The position numbers and the translations under genes were made by a program. A stretch of DNA of 64,000 nt, from the NCBI RefSeq assembly GCF_016432865.1, contig NC_067399.1, forward strand, positions 58,776,001 through 58,840,000, read 5' to 3'. Shown piece by piece: positions 11,307-21,645 of the stretch (positions are counted from its first letter, which is position 1; the number at the start of each line of letters is the position of its first letter). The notes beneath the pieces were generated by a model, which worked only from the letters and a program-made list of their open reading frames with translations, made no database searches and was not told the origin of the DNA. Origin of the DNA: Antechinus flavipes. Lineage: Eukaryota.

Positions 11307-13214
11307 GATCACAAGAAAAGGTTTCAAAGCCAGAAGCCAACCTGTCAGGGCTGAAGAAAGAGATAATTATTGCGGTGACCTGAGCATTATTAAGCATGGA
11401 GGGAGGTTTGAAGTCTTTTATCTTGGCCAGTGATAATCCTTGCACCACATCTTCTAATAAGTGAGAAGATAGAATTTGGTGCTGGAAGAGAGTAGATCAG
11501 TTACCTAGTCCAACCTTCTCATTTTCCATATAAGGAAACTAAGGTTTATAGAGGGAAGAGTTTGACCCAAAGCCAAAAAGATGGTAAATAACAGGGAAAA
11601 GACTCCGGCCTAGGTCTTCCCAATCTAATTCTCTGTCCACAGCACCCTGGTGGAGATCTCTTTTCTCAGACTTAACCTTCTCAACTACCACACACTCTGT
11701 TCTAGACCTTTCCTAGGCAAAGACAGGGGCTCCCTAGAGGATGTGGACCCAGCCTGAGACCCTGCCAGCTCTTGCCTTCCTCCCAGCCAACTCTCCTTTC
11801 CTTTAAATGTTTATCAGTGGCTTCCTCTCTCCTTACCCCTGAAAAACCCCAGCAGCAGCTGCCCCTGCCTTCAAATTTCATGAGCGTTCTTGTCTTCCTC
11901 TGCTTTTGCTTCTCGGATCAGCCCTGACCTGTCCGCCTGTGCAGAACAACCCTCCCTTCCCTTGATGGAATTTAGAAAATATACTCTTATTACTATATGT
12001 TAAAGGCATTTTGGCATGGTAAACCTGTAATGATAGGATGCTGGGAGGGGAAGCAGGGGCTAGGGGCTAGGGGCTAATACCTGAATGATAGCCATCCACT
12101 TGGGGAAAGGGTGGAGCTGGTAACCTGAGCTAAGGAGAGTTTGGCCATCCATTGGGCTTAAGGTACATCAATCATTTCTGCTCTCCAAATGAGGTCCCTT
12201 TCTCATACTTCCAACAAGAGCCAGGAATTTAGAAGGCAGCCCCCAAATAAATTTAAAAAAAAAAACTGGCAAGATCAGAGATTGCCTCTAGGAAGGAAGG
12301 GTTATCACCGAAAGAAACACATAATAAGGGCGATTAAGTTTAAGGAAAGAGAGGAAATGGCAATGATGTTGTTTTTTAAGATTTGCAAAATCCTTTATGT
12401 CCATTATCTCATTAGTCTTTATAACAACTCTCCAGGGCAGGTTCATATTACCCTCTTGCATAGAACCAATATTGACCAGAGTCCCCTCCTTTCGGCATAG
12501 TTAATAATAATCTGATACTATTGGAATAATCTCTTAATTTTGTCTCCCTAAATCAAGTCTATCTCAACCTCAATCCTTTCTATACATAGCTGCCCAAGTG
12601 ATTTTCCTAGAGTGTAAGCCTTCTGATCATCCCCTCCTCAATAAATGTCCATGGCTCCTTATTGTCTCTGGAATCACATATAAACTGTCTAATGTTTTGC
12701 AACCTGCCTTTGCTCTCTTTCCATTCTTATTATATTCTTTACTCTCCTTCCAGTCAGGAGGTGCAGTGGACAGAGCCCTGGAGCTGGAATCAAGAAGAGA
12801 GGAGAACAAAACCAATATTAAACCCTGGGTAATTCATTTTCACTTGTCTGCTTCAGTTTCCTCAATTGTAAAAATGAAAATAATAGCAGTGTCACCCTTC
12901 CGGGGTCATTGTAAGGATTAAATGAGCATAGTACCTATCACATAGAAAGTATTTAATAAATAAATCCTCTTTTTTCTTCCTCCCTTCCAGCACTTTATGG
13001 CCCAGTCAAAAGGATCTTTGATGTTTTTTTTTCACTTCTCCCCTCTGTCTGGAATGAACTTTTTTCTCAGTGATACCTCTTAGAATCTTTCCTTTAAAAC
13101 TCAATTCAAGTCATTTTCTGCCTCTTTTGCAACTCACCAGCTGTTATAGTCTCTCTGCCCCCTAAATTACCTCACATTTGCTTTTATTTTATTTTTTCTA
13201 GATTTTATTTTGTC

Positions 13215-13460
13215 TGAGTGGGTAGCCTCTAAAGTTCTGGGCTTGGAGTCAGAAAGATTCATCTTCATGAATTCAAATCTGACCTCAGACATTTACTGGC
13301 TGTGTGATCCTGGACAAGTCATCTATCTCTCTTTGCCTCAGTTTCTCCATGTGTGAAAAAGCTAAAGAAGGAAATGACAAACCACTCTAGTATTTTTGCC
13401 AAAGAAATCCCAAAAGAGGTCATGAAAAGTCATCCATGACTGAACCAACTCAAAAACAAA
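13215..13460 (+). mobile_element. Mar1-type CORE-SINE (MIR body with RTE-like tail)
   Basis: MIR-like body followed by gaaggaaatgacaaaccactctagtatttttgccaa...catgactgaacc; minus-strand relatives at ~6625-6830, ~20575-20830 and ~57390-57640. Confidence 0.65.
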
Positions 13461-13464
13461 TATT

Positions 13465-13750
13465 TTGTTTGACAATCAACCAATCAGCATTTATTAAGCA
13501 CCTACTATGTGCCAGACAATATGTGTGCTAAATTCTGGGGTAAAAAGAAAAACAAACAGAAAAAATCACTGCTACACAAGTGCTCAGAGTTTAATGCAGG
13601 ACACAACATTCAAACAGCTAAATACAAACAGCATACAGACAGCATAAGTTGATAGATAATCTCAGAAGGAAAGCACTAACATTTAGAAAGACTGGGAAAG
13701 GCTTTTTGCAGAAGAGATTTTAGTTGAATTTGAAGACAATAGGAGTTCAC
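13465..13750 (-). mobile_element. L2 3' end fragment
   Basis: caatcaaccaatcagcatttattaagcacctactatgtgccag is the reverse complement of the L2 3' terminus; similar pieces at ~20100-20570, ~26780-27420, ~36300-36850 and ~50990-51500. Confidence 0.65.
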
Positions 13751-16686
13751 TGAGGTCAAGGCCTGTTTTGTTTTTTGGATTTGGGGGTTTTTCTGTCTCT
13801 CCACCTTCAATGCCTAGTGCAACCAAAAAAAAAGAAAAAACAAGGGGGTGAATAAATACTAGGTGCCAGAATGATTGATACAGCCCAGGGCCAAAAAGAA
13901 TAGTCCTGGGATTCCCATGTAGAGCGATGTCTTCCCATTCAAAATAAGGCTGAACTTAGAAATGTCAAGCAGGTTGATCTAGCCTCTTCTCAGACATGGT
14001 TACAGTCTGTAAACTATATTCTAAACTCTAAATGGGTCCATTCCAAGCTTTGCCATCTCTGTTTGGAGTGAAGTTTCCTCTCTGTACAAATTTTGGATTG
14101 TTAAGAAGCTCGTAGGTACATCAGAAATCATCTCATCCAATTTTTACCCTGATAGAAATCCTCCCAACATCCACAAATGCTGAAGAACTCCAGAGACAAG
14201 GAATTCATCATGTCTTGAGGTCACCTATTTCATGGTGGGACTGCTCTCATAGTAAAGACGATCTTCCTTATATTAAAGTGGACCCCGCCATGATGTCCTC
14301 CCCTCAAACTTGCCCCCATCCCGCCATTGATCCTAGTATCCCTCTGAGACCAAGTAGAACAATTCTAATTTCTTTTCCACTAAAATTACTTGAAGATCCT
14401 CTCCTGAGTCTTCTCTCATTGAGGTTAAATATATTGGGTTCCTTTAAGTGAATATGCTATGTTCCTTTGAATGCAATCTCCCTGAGAACGAGGACTGTGT
14501 CATTTGCTTCTCTGTATCTCCAGCCCCTAACATAGTGGCTTGCCTACAGAGCATCGCAGGAGCGGTTTCTCCAGTTCATTCTACAAATGAAGAAACTGAG
14601 ACACACAGAATCACCCACCTAGTAAGGGTCTGAGGTCATAGTCACAAAGATGAGCTTCCTGACTTCTGGCCCAACACTGTATCACTGCTGCCCTCCAATC
14701 CTGGCTACTGTTATTATTGTTCCAAGCCTTGTGCTCTCTCCACTCTGCAACACTATCTCAGTTTCCTCCTTTGTAAAAAACAAACTAACAAACAAAACAA
14801 CAACAAAAAAGGAGTTGGACTGGACAAAACTCTAAGGTCCTGACCTGCTTAGGCCCAACAGGCAGCACAGACAAAGTTCCGGACTGCATCCCGGGACACC
14901 TGCAGATTTGAACTCCACCCTCACAGCAGGGAAATTGGACTCTCCTCCAGGTAGTAGCGGTGGAGAAGGGCAAGGGTTAGTTACAAGCAAGGACACTGCT
15001 CCTGACTCATGGACAAGAAATCTTGATTCCTCTCCATCATCTCCGAACCCTGGAGCGTTCATTCACCTGAAAGTGGTGGCAATTTCACTGACTATCCTGA
15101 GGAGCTGAGGCAGGACTGGATGCTGGCTGAGGTCCTGAGTTCAACAGCCTATGAATATGTTAAAGACATTGTGAACCTATGTGAGATTCCCAGGTAAAGA
15201 CAGGACCTGCTGTCCTTAGCAGGGCTCTCTTTAGGAACCCAAGATTTGGGAACAAAGTCTAATTTAATCTCATTTTATAGAAGAGGAAACTGAGTCCTAC
15301 AGAGAGCTAAGTTATCTAAAGTGAATTCCTTGACAGGAGGGACTTTTTAAAAATCTTTCTTCCTTTTTCTTTGTACCACCAATGCTTGGCATAGAGCCTA
15401 GTACACAGTAGGGGCTTAATCAATGCTTTAAGGTCATACAAATAGTAAGCAGCAGAGCCAAAATTGGTGAGTTTAAATTCCATCTTATTTTTACACTACC
15501 ACCATTATCATCCTAACAGTTAACATTTACCTTGGATCTAGCAAAGACCCGTCCTGAGATGGTTGTTAATCATTGCTGAATTCCCAACAAAAAATTTAAA
15601 AACTTTGGAAAACACTCTGCATCCACTACTTTCACCAGATCCTCACTGGAATTACCTCTAAAGTAGATATTGTTGTGATCCCCACTTTATAGATGAGCAA
15701 AGGCCCAGAGAATTTAAATCACTTGCTAATCATGTCTAAGACAGGATTTGAATCCAAATCAGAACGCTCTCTCTTTATGACATGGTCAAAGACTCTCAGA
15801 AATCTTCTACCTCTCCACCCTTCCAAAGCCTGATGTCACCCTGGGAGAAATGCCAAAGGCCTCCTGGGATATATTCTAAAGGACCATAACAATGATAACA
15901 ACTGTAATAACTGCTACTTATATGAGACTTTAAGGCCGGCAAAGCCCTCTCTTTACAGTCTGACCAGCACCCTGGGACAACACCCCACATGACATAAATG
16001 CCTCCTGGATAAATGAATGAATGAAGCCTCGGAGAGTTACCTCAGATTTTTCAGATGGAAAAAAGGAAGCATGTTTGGATCTAGGACTATAATAATGACG
16101 GTTCACATTTCCGTAGCACTTTAGATAATCAAAACACTTTTCTCCCAACAAGCACTGAATAGTTTGTAAAAAGTATGATTATTATTTTCCACTTTATAGA
16201 CCAAATTACTTTAGGTCACACAGCTTTTAAAGGAGCACTACCGGAAGACCCTGGGACTCCAAAAATGGTCATCTTTCCCACCGGTTTCCCCCGGGAAGCC
16301 CCTTGGGACTTCTGTTAGAAAGGTGGCAACTGAGGGACTGTTGTATAGTATTCAATAACAGTAGCCAGGATTGGAGGGCAGCTAGGGATACAGTGGGGAG
16401 TGTTGGGCCAGGAGACTTTGTGAGTTCAAGTCCCAGAAAGTACTGTAGGAGTGAGGCTCACTGCATCCCTGGATCCAAGGACTGGTGGGTTTTTTAAGCA
16501 GGAAGACATTTATCATTGAACTGCCGGCCCCCAAGCCTCTGGGAATACCCGGAGCTGTGATCCCGGGGGGTTTCCAGGAAAGCCCTCGGATCCGGGGTCC
16601 CGGAGGTTCCAGGTCGATTTTTCCGCAGGCATTTGGGGTGCTGAGCGCACGCCCCCCACCCTTCCCCCAACTCCAACAACCCTCAC

Positions 16687-16790
16687 CTGCTCAGGGGCCA
16701 CGAGTGGGAAGATCCGGCCAGCCTCAGCTTCCCGGGAGAACAAGGAGCTACGGGATCTCGGTCCGGCTAGTCCTTCAGAACACCCATTGC
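16687..16790 (-). other. OSGIN1: Probable non-coding first exon of OSGIN1
   Basis: Strong donor GAGCAG|gtgagg at 16687/16686 inside the CpG island, downstream (minus sense) of the ARE, GC boxes and TATA-like element. The 5' end is estimated from TATA spacing only. Confidence 0.65.
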
Positions 16791-16813
16791 TCAGAGCCGC
16801 ATGGGACGCGAGG

Positions 16814-16820
16814 TTTATTT
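16814..16820 (-). promoter_or_regulatory. TATA-like element
   Basis: Minus-strand AAATAAA, an isolated AT run between the GC boxes and the putative exon 1. Confidence 0.45.
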
Positions 16821-16824
16821 CACC

Positions 16825-16843
16825 GGGCGGCAGGGGGCGGGGC
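16825..16843 (+). promoter_or_regulatory. Tandem GC boxes (Sp/KLF)
   Basis: GGGCGG (16825-16830) and GGGGCGGGGC (16834-16843). Confidence 0.7.
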
Positions 16844-16865
16844 CAGAAAAATCACTTTCATAAGC

Positions 16866-16876
16866 GTGAGTCAGCA
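16866..16876 (+). promoter_or_regulatory. Antioxidant response element (NRF2/sMAF ARE) with embedded AP-1 site
   Basis: GTGAGTCAGCA is a full match to RTGASnnnGCA, ~80 bp upstream of the inferred OSGIN1 TSS. Confidence 0.8.
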
Positions 16877-18253
16877 GGGTCTCTTCATATGAATGAACTG
16901 GAGCTCCTCGGGTTACCGGGCTGTCTGACCGCCTTAAAGGCGCCGGCCTCCCTTTCTGCAACTGCTTGCCGGGGGCCGGCCTCCTCCCGGGGTGAACTCC
17001 TCTGCTTGGGCTCCGGGACTCGTCTCCTGTAGTCCCGCACTCGCCTTGGTCTGGACTGAGCGAGGCTGAGCCCAGCAGTAAACTTTGTCTTTTCTGACCT
17101 GGGAGGGAACGCAGATAAAGATAATAGATAAAGAGCTAGACGGAATTCGGAACCCGCAGGGTTAGAACTGGGAGGGAATCGCCAGGCAACGGATCCAACC
17201 CCTTTGTTTCGCAACGTGGACTTTGAATGTCTGAGGAAGTCACTGGACTTGCCCAAGATCACACAACTACTCCGTCCGAGGCAGGGTCGGAAGTTGGCTC
17301 TTTATGACTGACATTCAGTGCCTTATTAGAGGAGCTTGATCCCTGGGCCTAGAGTCACCAAGACCCGAATTTAAATCCAGACTCGGTCACTTCCTAGCTC
17401 GGATGGTCCCAAGGCAAGTCACTTAACCTGCTGTCTGCCTCAGTTTCCTCAACTGTAAAATGGGGATGATAATCGCTCCCAGGATGAAGATTCAACGAGA
17501 TACTTATAAAATACTTATGTAGTGCCCCAAATCTGTATTTGCTAGCCCGACTCCCTCATTTTACAGGTGGGAAAACTGAGACCCAGGGAGATTAAGAGTC
17601 AACACCAAGGCCACCCAAATTGTATATACCAGAGAGCCAGGATGTCAGTCTCTCAAAAAATATCTGCTAGATGCCAAGATAGACACTGGGGACAAAAAAT
17701 AAAAATGGAAACATCTGCCCTCTAAGCACTTGCGTTCTCCAGAGGGAGATGTGTACACGTATGGGTACATGCGAAATAGACACGGAATATGGCACTTGAC
17801 TGCATCTTGATGGCACCGGGGAAGTCTAAGAGGCAGAAGTGAGAAGGGATGCCTTGTGAAGGCAAGAAGCGGGAACTGCAGGGTAGTGCATCAGAGAGAG
17901 ACACTAAAAAGGTCACACGGGGGATTGCTGTTGGTCCTTCCTTCTCAGAGAAGACCATGACAGGGGGCAAGAGATGTCATGACTTGCAAGTGAATTGGAT
18001 ATAAGAAAGGGAGGGCTGTGCCAAGTCAGCAGTTTCCCTTTCTCCTCTGGAGCCGTCTGGAGTGGGCTGAGTACAGCTGGTAAGGGTATGATTCCCTGTG
18101 TGGTCAGAGGGAGGGGAGGAAANNNNNNNNNNNNNNNNNNNNNNNNNNNNNNNNNNNNNNNNNNNNNNNNNNNNNNNNNNNNNNNNNNNNNNNNNNNNNN
18201 NNNNNNNNNNNNNNNNNNNNNNNNNNNNNNNNNNNNNNNNNNNNNNNNNNNNN

Positions 18254-18870
18254 AGAAAAGGAGAAAAAGAAAAAAAGAAAGGAAGGAATAAAAGAAGGAA
18301 AGATAGAGAGAAAGAAGAAAAGGAGGAGGGAGGAAGGAAGGAAGTGAAGGAGAAAGGAAGAAAAAATAAGGAAGGATACAGAGAAAGAAGAAAAAAGAAA
18401 GAAAGGAAGAAGAGAAGGAAGTGAGGGAGGAANNNNNNNNNNNNNNNNNNNNNNNNNNNNNNNNNNNNNNNNNNNNNNNNNNNNNNNNNNNNNNNNNNNN
18501 NNNNNNNNNNNNNNNNNNNNNNNNNNNNNNNNNNNNNNNNNNNNNNNNNNNNNNNNNNNNNNNNNNNNNNNNNNNNNNNNNNNNNNNNNNNNNNNNNNNN
18601 NNNNNNNNNNNNNNNNNNNNNNNNNNNNNNNNNNNNNNNNNNNNNNNNNNNNNNNNNNNNNNNNNNNNNNNNNNNNNNNNNNNNNNNNNNNNNNNNNNNN
18701 NNNNNNNNNNNNNNNNNNNNNNNNNNNNNNNNNNNNNNNNNNNNNNNNNNNNNNNNNNNNNNNNNNNNNNNNNNNNNNNNNNNNNNNNNNNNNNNNNNNN
18801 NNNNNNNNNAGGGAGGAGAGAAGAAGAGATGAAAAAGAAAAAAAGGAAGGAAGGAAAGGAGAGAGTGGGG
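18254..18870. repeat. Purine-rich (GGAA/GAAA) tract broken by gaps
   Basis: Sequence on both sides of the N-runs is nearly pure A/G. Confidence 0.85.
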
Positions 18871-18934
18871 GAGGCAGTTATGTGACTGGAAATGGTCAGT
18901 TGGATTCCCAGTGGGGCAGCTACTACTTCTCACA

Positions 18935-19180
18935 AGTTGTTATTTGTCCTTCATTCTCAAAGAGGACCATGACATCAGAGAGGTGATGCAATGATTTATA
19001 AGTGAATTGGATTGAAGTGAGGGAGGGCTATTCCAAGTCACCATTTTCACTTTCTCCTCCAGAGCCATCTGGGTCCACATATAGATCAAGATGACTAGAG
19101 ATAGCCTTGGATACAGTGGCCTTTTTAAGCCCTTTCCCAGGTCTCAGTTTGACTGAGTCAATACCCATTCAGTAAAATGG
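18935..19180 (+). mobile_element. Marsupial SINE-like repeat, same family as 440-720
   Basis: Within-window similarity to the reverse complement of 440-720 and 32600-32770. Confidence 0.65.
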
Positions 19181-21582
19181 TCCCCTGGAGCCTAAAATCT
19201 AGAGCACATATAAGTTCAATCCAGGTTCTCTGACTTCAAATCCAGGACTCTTCCCATGATGTCACATTATTCTCACACACTAGCCCTCATTTCTGAGTTT
19301 TATATACTTTATATACATATGTTATATACTATATACTTGAGAAATATCACCACTATTGTTCTCACATTACCCATGTATTTTGTCTAAAACCCAGGGCTTT
19401 GCCTTATTTTACAACATAGATTTTAAACAGTTAACATGCTGTTAACATGCCCTGTCCTGGGATGGTCAATGACTTCAAGATTGGGAAAAATCTCCTATAA
19501 ATGGTTTTTGTCTTTGTAGGATTCCAGTACCGAAAGCTGCATTAGAGGTCATGTAGTCTCCCCTACTTCCAGCCACTGATCACACACTTGAAGATACAAC
19601 TAAAGGACCCTCCAGTTTTAAAATTCTATAAACATACCATTTAAAAACAAATCTATTTGGAAACTCAGGTTTCTCGTCTGTAAAATGAGATGGTTCGAGA
19701 AAGTGGCCTCTAGAACTATGAGTCATAGCCATGGAATGCTGTGATCCATTTCCTCCTTCTCACGTGCCTAGTATAGAGTCAGGCTGGGTTGTAAGTGAAA
19801 CAGGAGAGGTGGAAGACACAGGACTGTTAGGGGGGGAAAAAGTACAATATTTAAAAATGTGTGGAAGGTCATGGAATGAAAGGATAATATACTTCAGGCT
19901 AAGAGAGTACTTGGAGACCATTGTGTCCAACTTCCTCATTTAGCCGATGAGGAACTGGGGCCCAGAAGAATTAAGCAACTGTTTAAGGTCACATGCAGAG
20001 CCCAAATTTGGACCAAGTATACTTTTTATTGCACCATGTTATTGTTGTTTTTGTTATTGTTCGTGAGAGGGGGACTGACAAGACATAAATTGTAGTCTGT
20101 AAAATGACTAAACTAGTGATCTATAGTTGAGGGACTGAAGCAGGGAGAGGCTGGAAGTAGGGAGACCTGTTAGGTGACAATTGCTAGGCTTCCAAGTGCT
20201 GGTTTTGAGGAGGAAGGACAAAGCTTTAACTAGGATAATGCCAGTAGAAAGGAAAAAAGAAGGAAGAATCCAGGAGGTTTTGAAAGAATTTGGTGGAACT
20301 TGATGGACCGATTGGATATAGAGGAAGAAAGAAGTCAGTCAGTCAATGAGCATTTATTAAGTGTTTTACTGTGTGCTGGACAATTTGACTAAGAAGGAAG
20401 AAAAATTGATATTTCAGATTGTAGAGGGAGGAAATCATCTTCCTGGGTGAATAGTTCATAAATTGGGAAGCTGGGAAGAGGATATATCTCGGGATGGAGT
20501 GATAGGGAAGAGGATGAGCTTGGTTTTGGAGATGTTGTTTAAGATTGTGAAAAGACACCTCAAAATAGATATCCAGGTTAGGTTTTTTGGTCCAGTCAGT
20601 TTTCGATAGTTTTCCAACACTTCATGACCCCATCTGGGGTTTTCTTGGCAAATATGCTAGAATAATTTGCCATTTCCTTTTCTATCTCATTTTCACAGAT
20701 AAAGAAACTGAGGCAAATAGAGTAAAATGATTCATCCAAAGACATATTAAGTATTGAGACCAGATTTGAACTTACAATGGACTCTTCCTGAGTCCAAACT
20801 TCTATTCTTTGTACTACCTACTTTCCTATAGATGCCCATAGACAGGATAGTACAGATAGAACACCTGATTGCAATCAAGCCAGGTTTGACTCCTAGATCA
20901 ACCACTCACCACCTATGTGATCTGGGCCAAATTAAGCATCTATTTCTCCCTCTGTAAATGAAAGGATGGAAATCTTCAACATTCTTCCTATCTTTAAAAT
21001 CCTATAATTTTGAGGTTTAGGTCTGGGGTAATGGAGGTCAGAACTAGACATAGAGCAGCTGAGGCTCACCAAAGGTGAGAACAGAAGAGTGCAATCTTAG
21101 AGGAGAGAGAAAGAAGGGTCAAGAATCTGGAAATGAACTATTCTCTGTATCACTATTACATCCTTCTCTCCACATCCCTCTCCCAGTATATTCTGGAGAT
21201 TCAGGAGGAAATCTGTTCAGGCTTTCTCTTTCCTGCCTGGGAAAGGGGCTGCCATTGCATCTGTTTCTCATATCTTTTTCCATCCTCTTTACTCCTCCAT
21301 CCCTTGGGTATAAAGTGGGTTGGAATTTTCCTGTTTTTTTTTTTTTTTTAAGATCTATCAACTGAGTTACAGTAGTTGCATCTCCAAAATAACAGAAGCA
21401 GACTCTGAGCAGGATAGAGAAAGGGACTGAGCCCCAAGGAGGGAAGAAGCAGGGGAAAAAAAGGACCATGAAATTACCCATTAGTTATTCTGCAAGTTTT
21501 CCCCTGAACATTGCTCATAATCATTCTTACTCAGTTAGCAATGCAGAATTGTTCCATTTCCATTTTAATCTAGAGAATCTAA

Positions 21583-21645
21583 GAGAGAGAGAGAGAGACA
21601 GAGAGAGAGAGAGAGAAAGAGAAGAGGAGAAGGAGAGAGAGAGAA
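21583..21645. repeat. (GA)n microsatellite
   Basis: agagagagag runs. Confidence 0.9.

Larger units (their letters stand above)
16480..17290. promoter_or_regulatory. CpG island / OSGIN1 promoter
   Basis: Dense CG dinucleotides and high GC in an otherwise strongly CpG-depleted window. Confidence 0.85.

Noticed and set aside
16767-16787. 6-codon uORF (MGVLKD*) in putative exon 1
   Set aside because: The ATG falls within a few nt of the estimated TSS, so it may not be in the mRNA or be initiated; cannot be resolved without TSS data
17977-18933. Long ORFs of 98-318 aa (also 10772-11215 and 23939-24381)
   Set aside because: They run through N-gaps and simple repeats
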